64,000 bases of DNA from Desulfatiglandales bacterium (GTDB lineage Bacteria > Desulfobacterota > DSM-4660 > Desulfatiglandales > Desulfatiglandaceae): contig OY759599.1 of the NCBI GenBank assembly GCA_963662465.1, positions 7,168,001 through 7,232,000 of the forward strand. Direction: 5' to 3'. The notes under the pieces are model-generated. The model was not told where the DNA came from. It saw nothing but the letters and a program-made list of their open reading frames with translations, and did no database searches. The number at the start of each line of letters is the position of its first letter. Within the stretch, counting starts at the first letter, position 1. Below are positions 9,441 to 19,809 of this stretch, in pieces. The position numbers were made by a program, and so were the translations under genes.

Positions 9441-9872
9441 TCATGCCGCCATGCGTTTAATGGCTGTTTTTATGGGGTTGGGACCCATTTTCTTAATCTT
9501 TTCCGTCATTTCAGTGATGACCTTGACGAACTGAGGCGCTTCACTGGAACTCAGGTTGAACATTTGCACCCGTCCTCCGTCCATTTGGATGCTGTCAAGA
9601 ATTCGCTGTGCTTCCGTCACCCGTTTTCGAGCGCGGATGTTGCCGTTGGTAAACTGGCAGGCCCCTTCCAGGCAGCCCACCACGCAAACCCCATCCGCCC
9701 CTTTTTCAATGGAACGCAGCAGATGGATCAGATCCACTCTTCCGGTGCAGGGCAGTTTGATGATCCTGACGTTACTGGGATATTGAAGTCGCATGGAACC
9801 TGCCAGGTCCGCGGCGGTATAGCCTCAAAACTGGCAGCAAAAGGCAATGATAGTCGGTTCGAATCTGTCCAT
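9441..9872 (-). CDS. mvhD: MvhD/FlpD [2Fe-2S] subunit, selenoprotein (UGA at 9825-9827)
   Basis: Reading from ATG 9872 (TAATG overlap with the hdrA stop) gives [34 protein letters not shown], in frame with ORF 9441..9794; PCTGR, GCLEGAC. Confidence 0.92.
9795..9810 (-). promoter_or_regulatory. Putative bacterial SECIS of mvhD
   Basis: GGACCT-GGC-AGGTTCC hairpin starting at nt +15 after the UGA. Confidence 0.55.
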
Positions 9873-12800
9873 TACAGTGCTCCTTCCAGTAAAGCTTCCA
9901 CTTTGCTCATGACTTGATCATCTTCATACCAGTTTAATTGAATGACTTTGGCTGGGCACTCGGAGGCGCAGACCCCGCAGCCCCGGCACAGGGCCGGATC
10001 AATTTCGCTGACCCCGTCCTGGTTGATTCTGGGCACCCCATAGGGGCAGGACCGAACGCAAACCAGACAAGCAGCGCATTTTTCTTGATCCACCGTGGCT
10101 GTAACCACGGAAAGGGTGATGTTATCCTGGGCCAGGAAGGTGACGGCCCTTGCCGCCGCCGCCATGGCCTGGCTGATGGATTCGGATATCAGTTTCGGGC
10201 TGTGGGCCGTGCCGCATACAAAAAAGGCGTCGTTTTGCATATCCACCGGACGCAGTTTCACATGGGCTTCCATGAAATAACCGTACTGGTCCTGCGTCAC
10301 CCTGAGGATGGATGACAGTTCTTCGTTTTCTTCAGCGCGCATGCCCGTACTGAGTGCGACGATGTCTGCTTTAGCCTGGATTTCCCGTTGCAGCACATGG
10401 TCTTTAAAGCGCACCATCAGACCGCTTTCGGTGTTTTTCACCTCAGGCGGATGATCCCGGTCAAAGCTGAAAAAGAGGACTCCCAAACGCCTGGCTTCAC
10501 GGTAGTATTTTTCCATAAGTCCGTAGGTTCGGATATCCCGGTAGAGAATATACACGTCCGTTTCCGGGTTTTGCCGTTTGATCTGAAGGGCGTTTTTAAT
10601 GGCGCTCTGGCAGCAGATACGGGAACAATTCGGGTTCTCCTCGTTTCTGGAACCCACGCATTGAATCATGATCACCCGTTCCAGATTTTCGGCGCCTCTC
10701 TCATACAGCCGCCGGTCCAGTTCGATCTGGGTGATGACTCGGTCGTTTTGGCCGTATAGAAACTCGGTGGGTTTGTATTCCCGAGCGCCCGTGGCCAGAA
10801 TGACCGCCCCATGGTCGATTTTCCGTTCATACATTCCCGGGCCTACCATCACTTCCGTGGTGAAATTCCCTTTGAAACCGTTGAAATCAACAATGAGAGT
10901 CTCGGTTAACACCTGAATCTTTTCGTGTCGTTCCACCATGGAAATGACGTCGGACAGGTGGGCCTGAATGTTGCCCCCTTCGATGGTGTCCGTGAGTTCT
11001 TTGGCAAGTCCTCCCAGTTGAGGGCTTTTCTCGATGAGTACCACTTCAAACCCCTGGTTCGCCACTCCCAGGGCTGCGGTCATACCGGCGATGCCGCCGC
11101 CGATCACCAGTGCCCGTTTGTTAACGGTGATGGTTTTGGCCCTGAGGGGTTCCAGCAGGGAAGCCCTGGCTACGGCCATGCGAACCAAATCCTTGGCTTT
11201 GTTGGTGGCGGCCTCGGGGTCGTCCCGGTGAACCCAGGAATCGTGATTGCGGATATTGGCCATCTCAAAGAGATATTTGTTGAGGCCGCTTTCCTGAAGG
11301 CTGTCTTGAAAGAGCGCTTCATGGGTGGTCGGCGAGCAGGCGGCCACCACCACGCGGTTGATGTTGTTTTCCTGGATGACCCGCTTGATCTTTTCCTGGG
11401 TGTCCTGGGAGCAGGTGAACAGGTTCTGGTCCGTCAGGACCACATTGGGTAGCGATGCTGCATATTCGGCTACCGCCGGGACGTCCACAACTCCCCCGAT
11501 GTTGATGCCGCAGTTGCAGACAAATACGCCGATCCTGGGCGTCAGGTCCTCCACGTCCATTTCATCGGGAATGATTTTGGTGCGAACTTCGGTTCCCCGG
11601 GTTTCGCTCAAGATCATGCTTGAGGCGCAAGCCGCGGCACTCGCTTCAACCACCGATTGGGGGATATCCTTGGGCCCTTGAAAAGCGCCGCATACATATA
11701 CCCCTTCAATGGACCCGTTGACCGGATGAAACGGTTCCGTGGCGCAGAAATTATCTTCGTTGATATCCAGTCCGATGTCTTCGGCGAGCTGTACCACCTT
11801 TGGGCTTATTTCCATACCCACGGAGAGCACCACCAGGTCAAAGGTTTCCTCAATTAATTCACCGTTTTCCGTAACGTATTTCAGGGTCAGCGAATCATTA
11901 TCAACTTGCGGGTCGATGGTGTGTATCCGACTCCTGATGAAGCGAACCCCGTGTTTGTCGCGGGCATTGTTGTAATAGACCTCAAAATCCTTTCCATGGG
12001 TGCGCATGTCCATGAAGAAGATGGCGCAGTCCAGGTCGTTTCCCGCATGTTCCTTGGCAATGACCGCTTCCTTGATGGCGTACATGCAGCACACGTTGGA
12101 ACAGTACGAGTGGTCGCATTGATTGATGTCCCGAGACCCCACGCATTGAATCCATGCGATTTTCTTGGGTTCCTTGTGGTCCGAAATTCTTACCAAATGG
12201 CCCATGGTGGGGCCGGAAGCAGAGAGAATGCGCTCAAATTCCATGGCGGTGATCACATTGGGATGATCCGTATAATGATAGGTGTCAAACCGTGATGGAT
12301 CAAAGGGTTGAAACCCCGGCGCCAGAATAATGGACCCGGTGTGGAGTTCCAGGGTTTCGGGTTTTTCCCCATGGGTGATTAGCGTTACGGCCTCTGCTTT
12401 GCAGGCTTCCACGCACTGGTAGCATTCGCAACAGTAGCCGCAGTTTAAACATCGCTTTGCTTCCTGCTGACCTTGCTGTTCCCCATAGCCCAGCTCCACC
12501 TCCCTGAAGTTTCCGGCTCGGTCCGGCACGGGGAGTTCAGGCATGGTTTCCCTCCGTGCTGCAGGCATAAGCGCGGGGATCGGACGATATTCGGGCATTT
12601 CCGGCAGCAGGGGTTCCCGACCTTCGGCCATGTCCGCACCGTTCAGAAAACGTTCGATGGAGCAGGCCGCTTCCCGTCCCGCCGCAATGGCCATAATGGC
12701 CTGGGCCGGTCCGGTCTGAAGGTCCCCTCCCGCAAAGACGCCTTCCCGTTCGGTGGCAAAGGTCAAGGGATCTGTTTCAGCGGTTCCCCGGGATGAAAAG

Positions 12801-14323
12801 CCTAAATCTCTCACATGTTCCAGGGCGGAAAGATCCGGTCTCTGGCCGATCGCGGAGATGAGCTGATCAATTTCCAGGTCATATTCGCTGCCCTGGATGG
12901 GTACGGGTCTTCTTCTCCCGGATTTATCGGGTTCTCCCAATTCCATCCGCAGACACCGCAGTCCCGCCACTTTGCCTTCCTGTACCAGGACTTCTTGAGG
13001 CGCCGCCAGATAGGCGATCTGAACGCCTTCCGCTTCCGCCGCCTCTATCTCCTCTTCCCAGGCGGGCATTTCGGCGCGTGTTCTTCGATATATGATATGG
13101 ACCGCTTCGGCGCCCAGGCGGATGGCAGCGCGAGAAACGTCGATGGCCACGTTGCCGCCGCCGATGATGGCGACCCGTTTACCAACGCTGGTTTTTCCAT
13201 CCAGGTTCAGTTCGCGCAGAAAATCCACGCCCTGCCGAGCGCCTTTGGCATCCTCTCCGGGAATGCCCAATTCAATTCCTTTGTGGGCGCCGATGGCCAG
13301 ATAGACGGCCTTATAGCCCTGGTTGAACAGGTCATCCACGGAATAATCCACGCCCAGGCGCATGTTGGTTTTGATTTTTTGACCCAGGTTGGTAATGATT
13401 TCAATCTCCCTGTCCAGGATATCCTGGGGCAGTCGGTGATCGGGAATGCCCACTCGCAGCATGCCGCCGGGTTTGGAGAGCGCCTCAAAAATGGTACACG
13501 AAATTCCTTTTCGCGCCAGATGATAGGCCGCGGAAAGTCCCGCCGGTCCGGAACCGATGATGGCCACCTTTTCTTCCCTTAAAGGCAGGCAATCGATCTT
13601 GATATTTCTGGGATCAAACTGATCGGCTGCCAGGCGTTTCAGGTTCCGAATGGCCACGGGGTCATCGGCTTCACATCTCCGGCAGGCTTCTTCGCAAGCA
13701 TGGGGACAGATGCGGCCCAACACGCCGGGAAGGGGCAGATCATCCATGATGATGTTCAGGGCCGCCTCATATTTTCCCATGCCTACCATCTGGACGTAGC
13801 CTTGAACGTTTAATCCCGCTGGACAGGCCAGGCGGCATGGGGCTTTGTCCGCTTTATGAACGGCAAAGGCGCTGGGGATGGCCTGTGCGTATTTCTTGAA
13901 AATGGCATGTTTCTGGCTTAATCCCTGATCATATTCATTGGGTAGCGCTACGGGGCACACTTCGGCGCAATCACCGCAGGCTGTGCATTTGGATGCGTCA
14001 ATAAATCGCGGTGTTTTTTGAACTGTGACCCTGAAATTTCCCGCAGCGCCTTCTACTTTTTTCACCTCGGCGGAGGTGATCAAATCGATGTTGAGATGCC
14101 GGCCGACCTCGACCAGTTTTGGTGAGATAATTCACATGGCGCAGTCATTGGTGGGGAATGTTTTGTCCAGCTCGGACATGACCCCGCCAATGGCTGAAGA
14201 CGCTTCAATGAGCTGAACATGATAGCCCGAATTGGCCAGGTCCAGAGCCGACTGCATGCCGGCGATGCCGCCGCCGACGACCATGATCGATCCTGATTTT
14301 TGTTGAGACTCGGTTTTCGACAT
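9872..14323 (-). CDS. hdrA: HdrL-type large heterodisulfide reductase subunit A (two HdrA flavin modules plus inserted GltD-like NAD(P)-binding module), selenoprotein (UGA at 14132-14134)
   Basis: ORF 14132..14323 and ORF 9872..14083 are in frame across one [33 protein letters not shown]...CSxxCC twice; ferredoxin motifs; [26 protein letters not shown] insert. Confidence 0.93.
14099..14116 (-). promoter_or_regulatory. Putative bacterial SECIS of hdrA
   Basis: CTGGTCG-AGGT-CGGCCGG hairpin starting at nt +16 after the UGA. Confidence 0.65.
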
Positions 14324-14345
14324 GATTTAGGGTTCCTTTCCGCTC

Positions 14346-15221
14346 TTAAAGCTGTGCCTCGTCCAAGATTAGGGGGAGCTTGCTTTCCCAACCCACGGTG
14401 GAAATCAAAACGCCGGCCATTCCCATTGCTTTGACCCGTTTCAGGGTGTCGCCGGCGATGCGGATGCACTCTTTGATTTTATCCGGGGCTTTCTGTATCC
14501 CTCGGGTGATGTCGGGAGGGATGGAAATCCCCCTGACATTGCGGTCAATGTAGCGCGCCATGCCGGCCGATTTGAGCAGCAGGATGGTGGGCAGTACGGC
14601 AATTTTTGAGGTGTCCACCCGCTTGATAAACTGCTCAAAACGCCGCAGGTCAAAAACAGGATTGGTAATGACGTAATTCACGCCCATTGCGATCATTTTT
14701 TCAAGATTTTCCATTTCCACGTCCAGCAGATTCCCCGCGGCGCCGGCATTAACGGTGGAACCGATGCAGAAAGAAGGGGCGCCCTTAAGTTCAACCCCTG
14801 CCAGATCTTTTCCCTTTTGGAGGGTTTGTACCATCTGAATCAATTCCATCAGATCCAGATCATTGACGATTCTTGCCTGGGGGTGGTCGCCGAACCGGGT
14901 TTCCACGCCGCTTACCGCCATGATGTTTCCGACCCCCAAGGCTGCCGCGGATAGGATATCCGCCTGAAGCGCAAGACGATTACGGTCCCGGCAGCAGACT
15001 TGAAGCACCGACTCAATTCCCTCCCTTTCCAGACAGGCGCAACCCCCAAGGGAACTGGCTTTTAATACTGCATTGGCCATTTCCGGCGCCACAATGGCAT
15101 CCACCCTGCCCCTTACAAGGTTGGCGTCCTTGATGAAGGGATCGAAATCAGCGCCTTTGGGGGGTTCGAATTCTCCCAGAACAATAAATTTTCCAGTTTC
15201 AAATTTTTCCTTTAACGGCAT
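14346..15221 (-). CDS. Divergent MetF-like (MTHFR family) protein
   Basis: GEFEPPKG, CCRDRNRLALQADILSA, GDHP, LKSAGMARY; RBS GGAGG before MPLK. Confidence 0.85.
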   Translation of the reverse strand: MPLKEKFETGKFIVLGEFEPPKGADFDPFIKDANLVRGRVDAIVAPEMANAVLKASSLGGCACLEREGIESVLQVCCRDRNRLALQADILSAAALGVGNIMAVSGVETRFGDHPQARIVNDLDLMELIQMVQTLQKGKDLAGVELKGAPSFCIGSTVNAGAAGNLLDVEMENLEKMIAMGVNYVITNPVFDLRRFEQFIKRVDTSKIAVLPTILLLKSAGMARYIDRNVRGISIPPDITRGIQKAPDKIKECIRIAGDTLKRVKAMGMAGVLISTVGWESKLPLILDEAQL

Positions 15222-15237
15222 GGTTCGGACCTCCAAG

Positions 15238-15612
15238 TTAATGTGATAACCCGTTGACGGCGTTGGAAATGGCCATTACGAGATCTTCGATTCCAAAGGA
15301 TTTGATATGGTAATAGAAAATCTGATGTTTACGGATTTTACTTTCCAGTTGAGGGGTGTTTTTTTCCGCGCAAACGATGATGGGAAGCTCTTTCTCCATC
15401 CCCTTAATTACAGAGATGAAACCGCAGTCTTCCGCCAGCAGGGAAGCATCCAGCACCAGCGCATCAATTCTGTTTTCCTGCAGGGTTAAAAGCACATCCT
15501 TGAGATTGCCGGCTTTCAACAGTTCATAACCCCGATCCGTTGCAAAAATTTCCAGTGCTTTGGGGGTGCTTCCCGTCTGTTCCGCTATGAGGATGGTTTT
15601 GTTTGCGCCCAT
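15238..15612 (-). CDS. Atypical single-domain receiver protein
   Basis: TILIAE...DALVLDA...PIIVC...YHIK receiver fold lacking the acidic DD pair; start at MGANK assumed. Confidence 0.7.
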   Translation of the reverse strand: MGANKTILIAEQTGSTPKALEIFATDRGYELLKAGNLKDVLLTLQENRIDALVLDASLLAEDCGFISVIKGMEKELPIIVCAEKNTPQLESKIRKHQIFYYHIKSFGIEDLVMAISNAVNGLSH

Positions 15613-15705
15613 TGTGTGTTGGTTGTGCTCCTGTTGGAAGCGGCTGATTGAACCCGATATTCGTATTCCTGGAAGCGGTTGCGTTTTTCCATTTGCCATT
15701 GATAA

Positions 15706-15721
15706 AGCAAATACCATGCCT
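15706..15721 (-). promoter_or_regulatory. Sigma54 (-24/-12) promoter of the metF-like/hdrL/mvhD/metV/metF operon
   Basis: AGGCATGGTATTTGCT = GG-N10-GC consensus. Confidence 0.75.
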
Positions 15722-15939
15722 GTGTTGAATGTGTGGGTATTGTCCAATATAAATCAATGAGTTGAAGATAATGAGCGGGTTCAAAGCAATGCAGATCGAT
15801 TTGGGATGTTTTGTAGCGAAAACTGTGGATATGCTAATGTAAGCATTTGATATATATTATAAATAAGCGATTTGGGTAAAAATACCCCAAATGTTGCAAA
15901 ATTACCCATTTGTCTCTGACCGACAGTAAATGATGTCGC

Positions 15940-17517
15940 TCAAGGGGCGATTTTTGCTGACACAGGCTTAAACCGTCTGTAATTCCGGCCAAAAGGGATG
16001 TTGAGCTTCTTCATACGATACTGCAGGGTTCTCGGATGAACCCCCAAAAGCCGTGCGGCCCCGCGTTTTCCCTCCACTCGACCGCCGGTCATATCCAGCA
16101 CCTTTCTGATATGCAATGTAATGGCCCGGTCCAGGTCCAGGGAGCGCTCAGCCATTCGCTCAACGGGTATGTCGATGTTTTCCGGCATGGTTGAAAACAG
16201 AGATGAAAAGGTCAGCGGTTTGCCGCGGTTTATGATGAGTTCCCGTTCCACCGCGTTTTTCAATTCTCGGATATTTCCAGGCCACTGATAACCCATAAGG
16301 CTGTCAATAACACCCGGCGCCAGGGTGGCGATGGATGACAATTTCATCTTTCGGCTCATGACATTGATAAAGTGATCCACGAACCGGGGAATATCTTCCT
16401 TGCGATCCCGCAAGGGCGGAATGGAAATGGGAAACACATTCAGCCGAAAAAAGAGATCTTTTCGAAATTTCCCGTTTGGCAACATGGACTCCAGGGACCT
16501 GTGGGTGGCGGCAATGACCCGAATGTCTATGTTGATCACTTCAGATCCCCCGATCCGTTCAATCACACTGTCCTGAAGGACCCTGAGAAGCTTTTTCTGA
16601 GCTTCCGGAGAGAGTTCTCCAATTTCATCCAAAAACAGGGTGCCGCCGTTGGCTCGCTCAAAACGACCGTACACCTGGGAGAACGCCCCGGTAAACGATC
16701 CTTTTTCATGGCCGAAAAGTTCGCTTTCCACCAGATTGTCCGGAATGGCCGCACAATCCACCTTGATGAGTGGATTGTTTTTTCGTAAAGAGAGCCGGTG
16801 TATGGTATTGGCAATGACCTCTTTGCCCACGCCCGTCTCTCCCAGAAGGAGCACCGGGGTATCGGTGGGCGCCACGTGATGGATCAACTCCAGAACCCCC
16901 TTGAGGCCGAAACCGGCGCCGATCACCTCATTGCCTGTGAGATTGATAAAATCCTCCTGCAGCAGTCGGTAATTTTCGGCCAAACGCTCGCTGAGTTCTT
17001 TCAGCTCCCTTTGCCTCAAAAAGTTGGCACAGGCCATGGCCAGGGGATTGTGGAGCAAAAGCAGCAATCGGGCGTGTTCGTCGCTGAATTTTTCGCCCCG
17101 ACTGCTGGTGGCGGCTACAACCCCCAGGTATTCACCCTCCAGAATGATATCCAGTAAAAGGCCTGACTCTTCCATCGCATTCAAATCCCGGGCCACGAGG
17201 CGCGCCATATCATCATCTTTCAGTCGATCAATGATTTGACAGGCGGGCTTTCCCTCAAGATCTTCTATGAATATGCGGAACTGCTCTCGAATTGGGGCGG
17301 GTAACCGGGTTTTAACGGCAGTGGGTTTACCTCCTCTAAAGGTGGCTATGGCCACGGTTTCAATAAATCCGAGTCCGGGATCAAATAAAAGCAACGTCAT
17401 GGCGTCGGCGGGAATATCCGATTGAATGTACCGCAGGCACCTCCAGATGGCTGTTTCAATGTTGGGACTGCTGCAGATTTTAAACCGGTCCTCATAACAG
17501 GGACTGTCTGTTTCCAA
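15940..17517 (-). CDS. Sigma54-dependent activator (GAF-like + AAA+ + HTH, FhlA-like)
   Basis: GETGVGKE, ESELFGHEKGSFTGA, FLDEIGE, WPGNIRELKN, GAARLLG HTH; TTG start with RBS AGGAGG. Confidence 0.92.
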   Translation of the reverse strand: METDSPCYEDRFKICSSPNIETAIWRCLRYIQSDIPADAMTLLLFDPGLGFIETVAIATFRGGKPTAVKTRLPAPIREQFRIFIEDLEGKPACQIIDRLKDDDMARLVARDLNAMEESGLLLDIILEGEYLGVVAATSSRGEKFSDEHARLLLLLHNPLAMACANFLRQRELKELSERLAENYRLLQEDFINLTGNEVIGAGFGLKGVLELIHHVAPTDTPVLLLGETGVGKEVIANTIHRLSLRKNNPLIKVDCAAIPDNLVESELFGHEKGSFTGAFSQVYGRFERANGGTLFLDEIGELSPEAQKKLLRVLQDSVIERIGGSEVINIDIRVIAATHRSLESMLPNGKFRKDLFFRLNVFPISIPPLRDRKEDIPRFVDHFINVMSRKMKLSSIATLAPGVIDSLMGYQWPGNIRELKNAVERELIINRGKPLTFSSLFSTMPENIDIPVERMAERSLDLDRAITLHIRKVLDMTGGRVEGKRGAARLLGVHPRTLQYRMKKLNIPFGRNYRRFKPVSAKIAP

Positions 17518-17518
17518 G

Positions 17519-17710
17519 AGGCCTCCTTGTTTTGTCGGAAAAAGTATCTCTCATATCTCGGTGTATATCTGTAAACCGATAAATGCGAGAGTGAATTCCG
17601 CTAAATATGAGAGAAATACCGCTTTATTTCAAGTAAAAAATTGGATTTTTTTATAAACAATTGAAAATACAGCATAAAAAATCTAATCAAAATCCGGCAC
17701 GGTGTTTGCC
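17519..17710 (+). promoter_or_regulatory. Sigma54 promoter/enhancer module, copy 1
   Basis: CTCTCATAT, two TAAATRYGAGAG boxes 22 bp apart, AT tract, then CGGCACGGTGTTTGCC (17695-17710). Confidence 0.75.
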
Positions 17711-17798
17711 GAGAAGCAAACCAAAGTCCGTTTCAAAACAGATGACGGGTCAAATTTATAGCCCCTAAATCAGGAGAGGGAAATGAGATTCGACATGT

Positions 17799-17989
17799 AG
17801 GCCGCTTTGTTTTACGGGAAAAAAACCTCTCATATTTTAGAGTATATTCGCAAACCACTAAATATGAGAGCGAATTCCGATAAATACGAGAGAAATATCG
17901 ATTTATTTCAATTAAGTAATGGAATGATTGTTGTAACTATCTGAAAAAATACACAAAAAATTTGATCAGAATGTGGCATATTTTTTGCT
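17799..17989 (+). promoter_or_regulatory. Sigma54 promoter/enhancer module, copy 2 (upstream of rhodanese selenoprotein)
   Basis: Same architecture; TGGCATATTTTTTGCT at 17974-17989. Confidence 0.75.
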
Positions 17990-18150
17990 TGGAATAATGA
18001 GTATTTCAGCAGTCTTTAGAGTGATGGGGGGTGATAAAATACTGATTTTGTAGCTGAGGGAAAAGATAAAAACGCCTTGTTAACCAGGCAAAACGGTACC
18101 AACTGTGATTTTTTTTCACAAAAAAATCTAAAACGGAAAGGAGTTCATTG

Positions 18151-18927
18151 ATGTATAGAAAAATCTCAATCCTGATTTTATCCCTGTTGTTTACTATCGC
18201 ATTTTCAACATTTACGCTTGCGGCCAAGGTTCCTGCCCCTTTAAAGGGGGGGGATGGTTTTAAAGCAGTGAGTCTGAAAGAAGCAAAGCAACTTCACCAA
18301 GATGGCGCAACTATGATTGCATGTCACAGTCACACGACTGATTTCATGAAAGGTCATCCTTCCGGCACCATACACATAACCTGTTTGGTTCCAAAAGACC
18401 ACAAACGCATGGATTTGCCCTTATGTGATGTTGACTTTGACGTATTACAGCTTCCGAAAGATAAAAACACACCCATTGTTACCTATTGCGCGTCGAGTAC
18501 ATGATGGAAATCCTATCACGCCGCCAGGTTGGCGGTTGAAAATGGCTACAAAAATGTCTACTGGATGAGAGACGGCATTCAAGGTTGGAAAAAAGCGGAT
18601 TACAAAACGGTAGGGGATCAAGAACTTCTGAATGCACTCATTGCGGTAAACAAGAATAATTTTGCTGAAATTATTATTACTGAAACGGATGCACGGAAGT
18701 TAAAAAATTGCACGTTCGTTGATTTTCGGGATGAAGAAAAATATAAAAAAGGTCATGTTGCATCAGCGAATCGTGTTGATTACGCCAACATGTTCTCAAA
18801 ACCAATGATGGAGGAGTTAAATAAGAGCAACAACCTCATCATTGTTCACGATGTTCCGGCGGTGGCGGGTGTCATTGCGGCCACGTTGAAGCTTATGGAC
18901 TATCCGAATGTTTATATCCTGAAATAG
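18151..18927 (+). CDS. Exported tandem-rhodanese (sulfurtransferase) protein, probable selenoprotein (UGA at 18502-18504)
   Basis: Two ORFs in frame across TGA: IVTYCASST-U-WKSYHAARLAVENGYKNVYWMRDGIQGW, matching rhodanese YC-x4-CWKSY; signal peptide; RBS AAGGAG. Confidence 0.85.
18520..18536 (+). promoter_or_regulatory. Putative bacterial SECIS of the rhodanese gene
   Basis: GCCGCCA-GGT-TGGCGGT hairpin starting at nt +16 after the UGA. Confidence 0.65.
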
Positions 18928-18938
18928 ATATGTTTCGA

Positions 18939-18981
18939 TGAAATGGGGTCAGTTCTACCATTGCCTTTTGACCCCATTTCA
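18939..18981. repeat. 13-bp inverted repeat (terminator or REP-like)
   Basis: TGAAATGGGGTCA-17 nt-TGACCCCATTTCA, 12 bp after the stop. Confidence 0.6.
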
Positions 18982-19224
18982 CAATACTCAACAGGTTTTT
19001 TTAACTGAGCGCTCCGATGAACCTTGTCATAATCAAGTAATCCTATCATCCTTTTTAATCATGGTTCAAGACGATGCCGGCAACGCCGAATTGCAAGGGA
19101 ACGAGCGCTTCCTAATAGGTTACCGGTACTGCAAAGACAATGGCTTCTATCCTCCAACTCGCCAGGGAACATTCTTACGAATACGGAACTTAAGCATTGA
19201 AGTAAACAGCTGCGGCTTCCATGA

Positions 19225-19446
19225 TCAACCGGAAAGCCTTTCCACCAACCGAACAACCATTTTGATATCGGTTGATTTGAGTTGATACCTTCGCAAAACA
19301 TTGACCAAGTTGTCCTTCTTGGGTGGGATAAACCATTCAGCATCGTGCCAATAACCCTCGGTCGTTTCTGGAACATCAGAAAAATCGATATCTTCATCCG
19401 AGAGCCGATGGACTCTTTCCCAATCTGTCTGAGAGATATTTTTCAT
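19225..19446 (-). pseudogene. BrnA-type antitoxin, C-terminal RHH part lost
   Basis: SQTDWERV...DEDIDFSDVPE...W..AE...PPKK N-terminus, but no LRLDxDV...GYQTRIN region. Confidence 0.7.
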
Positions 19447-19699
19447 AGGTTTTCCTCTCCCGCCTTGTCGCCTTTCGAATCGATATGATGCGGATTGTTT
19501 CTTCATCATGTTCGGTAAACACAACTAAAACAACGCATCGATGTGTCATGCCCAGTGCAATCCAGCGCTCTTCATTATAATACCGTTTGTCGATTTTGGA
19601 TAGTAGGGGATTTCCGAAAATCTCATGGGCCTCTCTGAAATCAATCCCATGTTTTCGCAAATTGATTTGGCGTTTTTTCTCATCCCATTCTAATTTCAC
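19394..19699 (-). CDS. BrnT family toxin (DUF497)
   Basis: EWDEKK...NLRKHGIDF...EERW...IRIISIRKAT..ER..Y. Confidence 0.9.
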   Translation of the reverse strand: MKLEWDEKKRQINLRKHGIDFREAHEIFGNPLLSKIDKRYYNEERWIALGMTHRCVVLVVFTEHDEETIRIISIRKATRRERKTYEKYLSDRLGKSPSALG

Positions 19700-19809
19700 G
19701 TTTATCTTTTTTCGACTTCCTTTTGTTCACAAACTTCCCTCCACCGGGTATCCTACTTCCACGCCATTCCACGTTCGCTTGTCCCTCGCTCACGTTCCAT
19801 GGTGTTTCA

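Noticed and set aside
14080..14469. 129-aa ORF bridging the metF-like gene and hdrL, as a frameshift solution
   Set aside because: Off-frame overlap; UGA readthrough explains hdrL without a frameshift
17548..17892. 22-bp periodic repeats as a CRISPR array
   Set aside because: Only two short boxes per module, no unique 30-40 bp spacers and no cas genes; fits enhancer boxes
18938..19285. 115-aa ORF after the rhodanese gene
   Set aside because: Starts inside an inverted repeat, has no RBS or motif, and overlaps the antitoxin remnant
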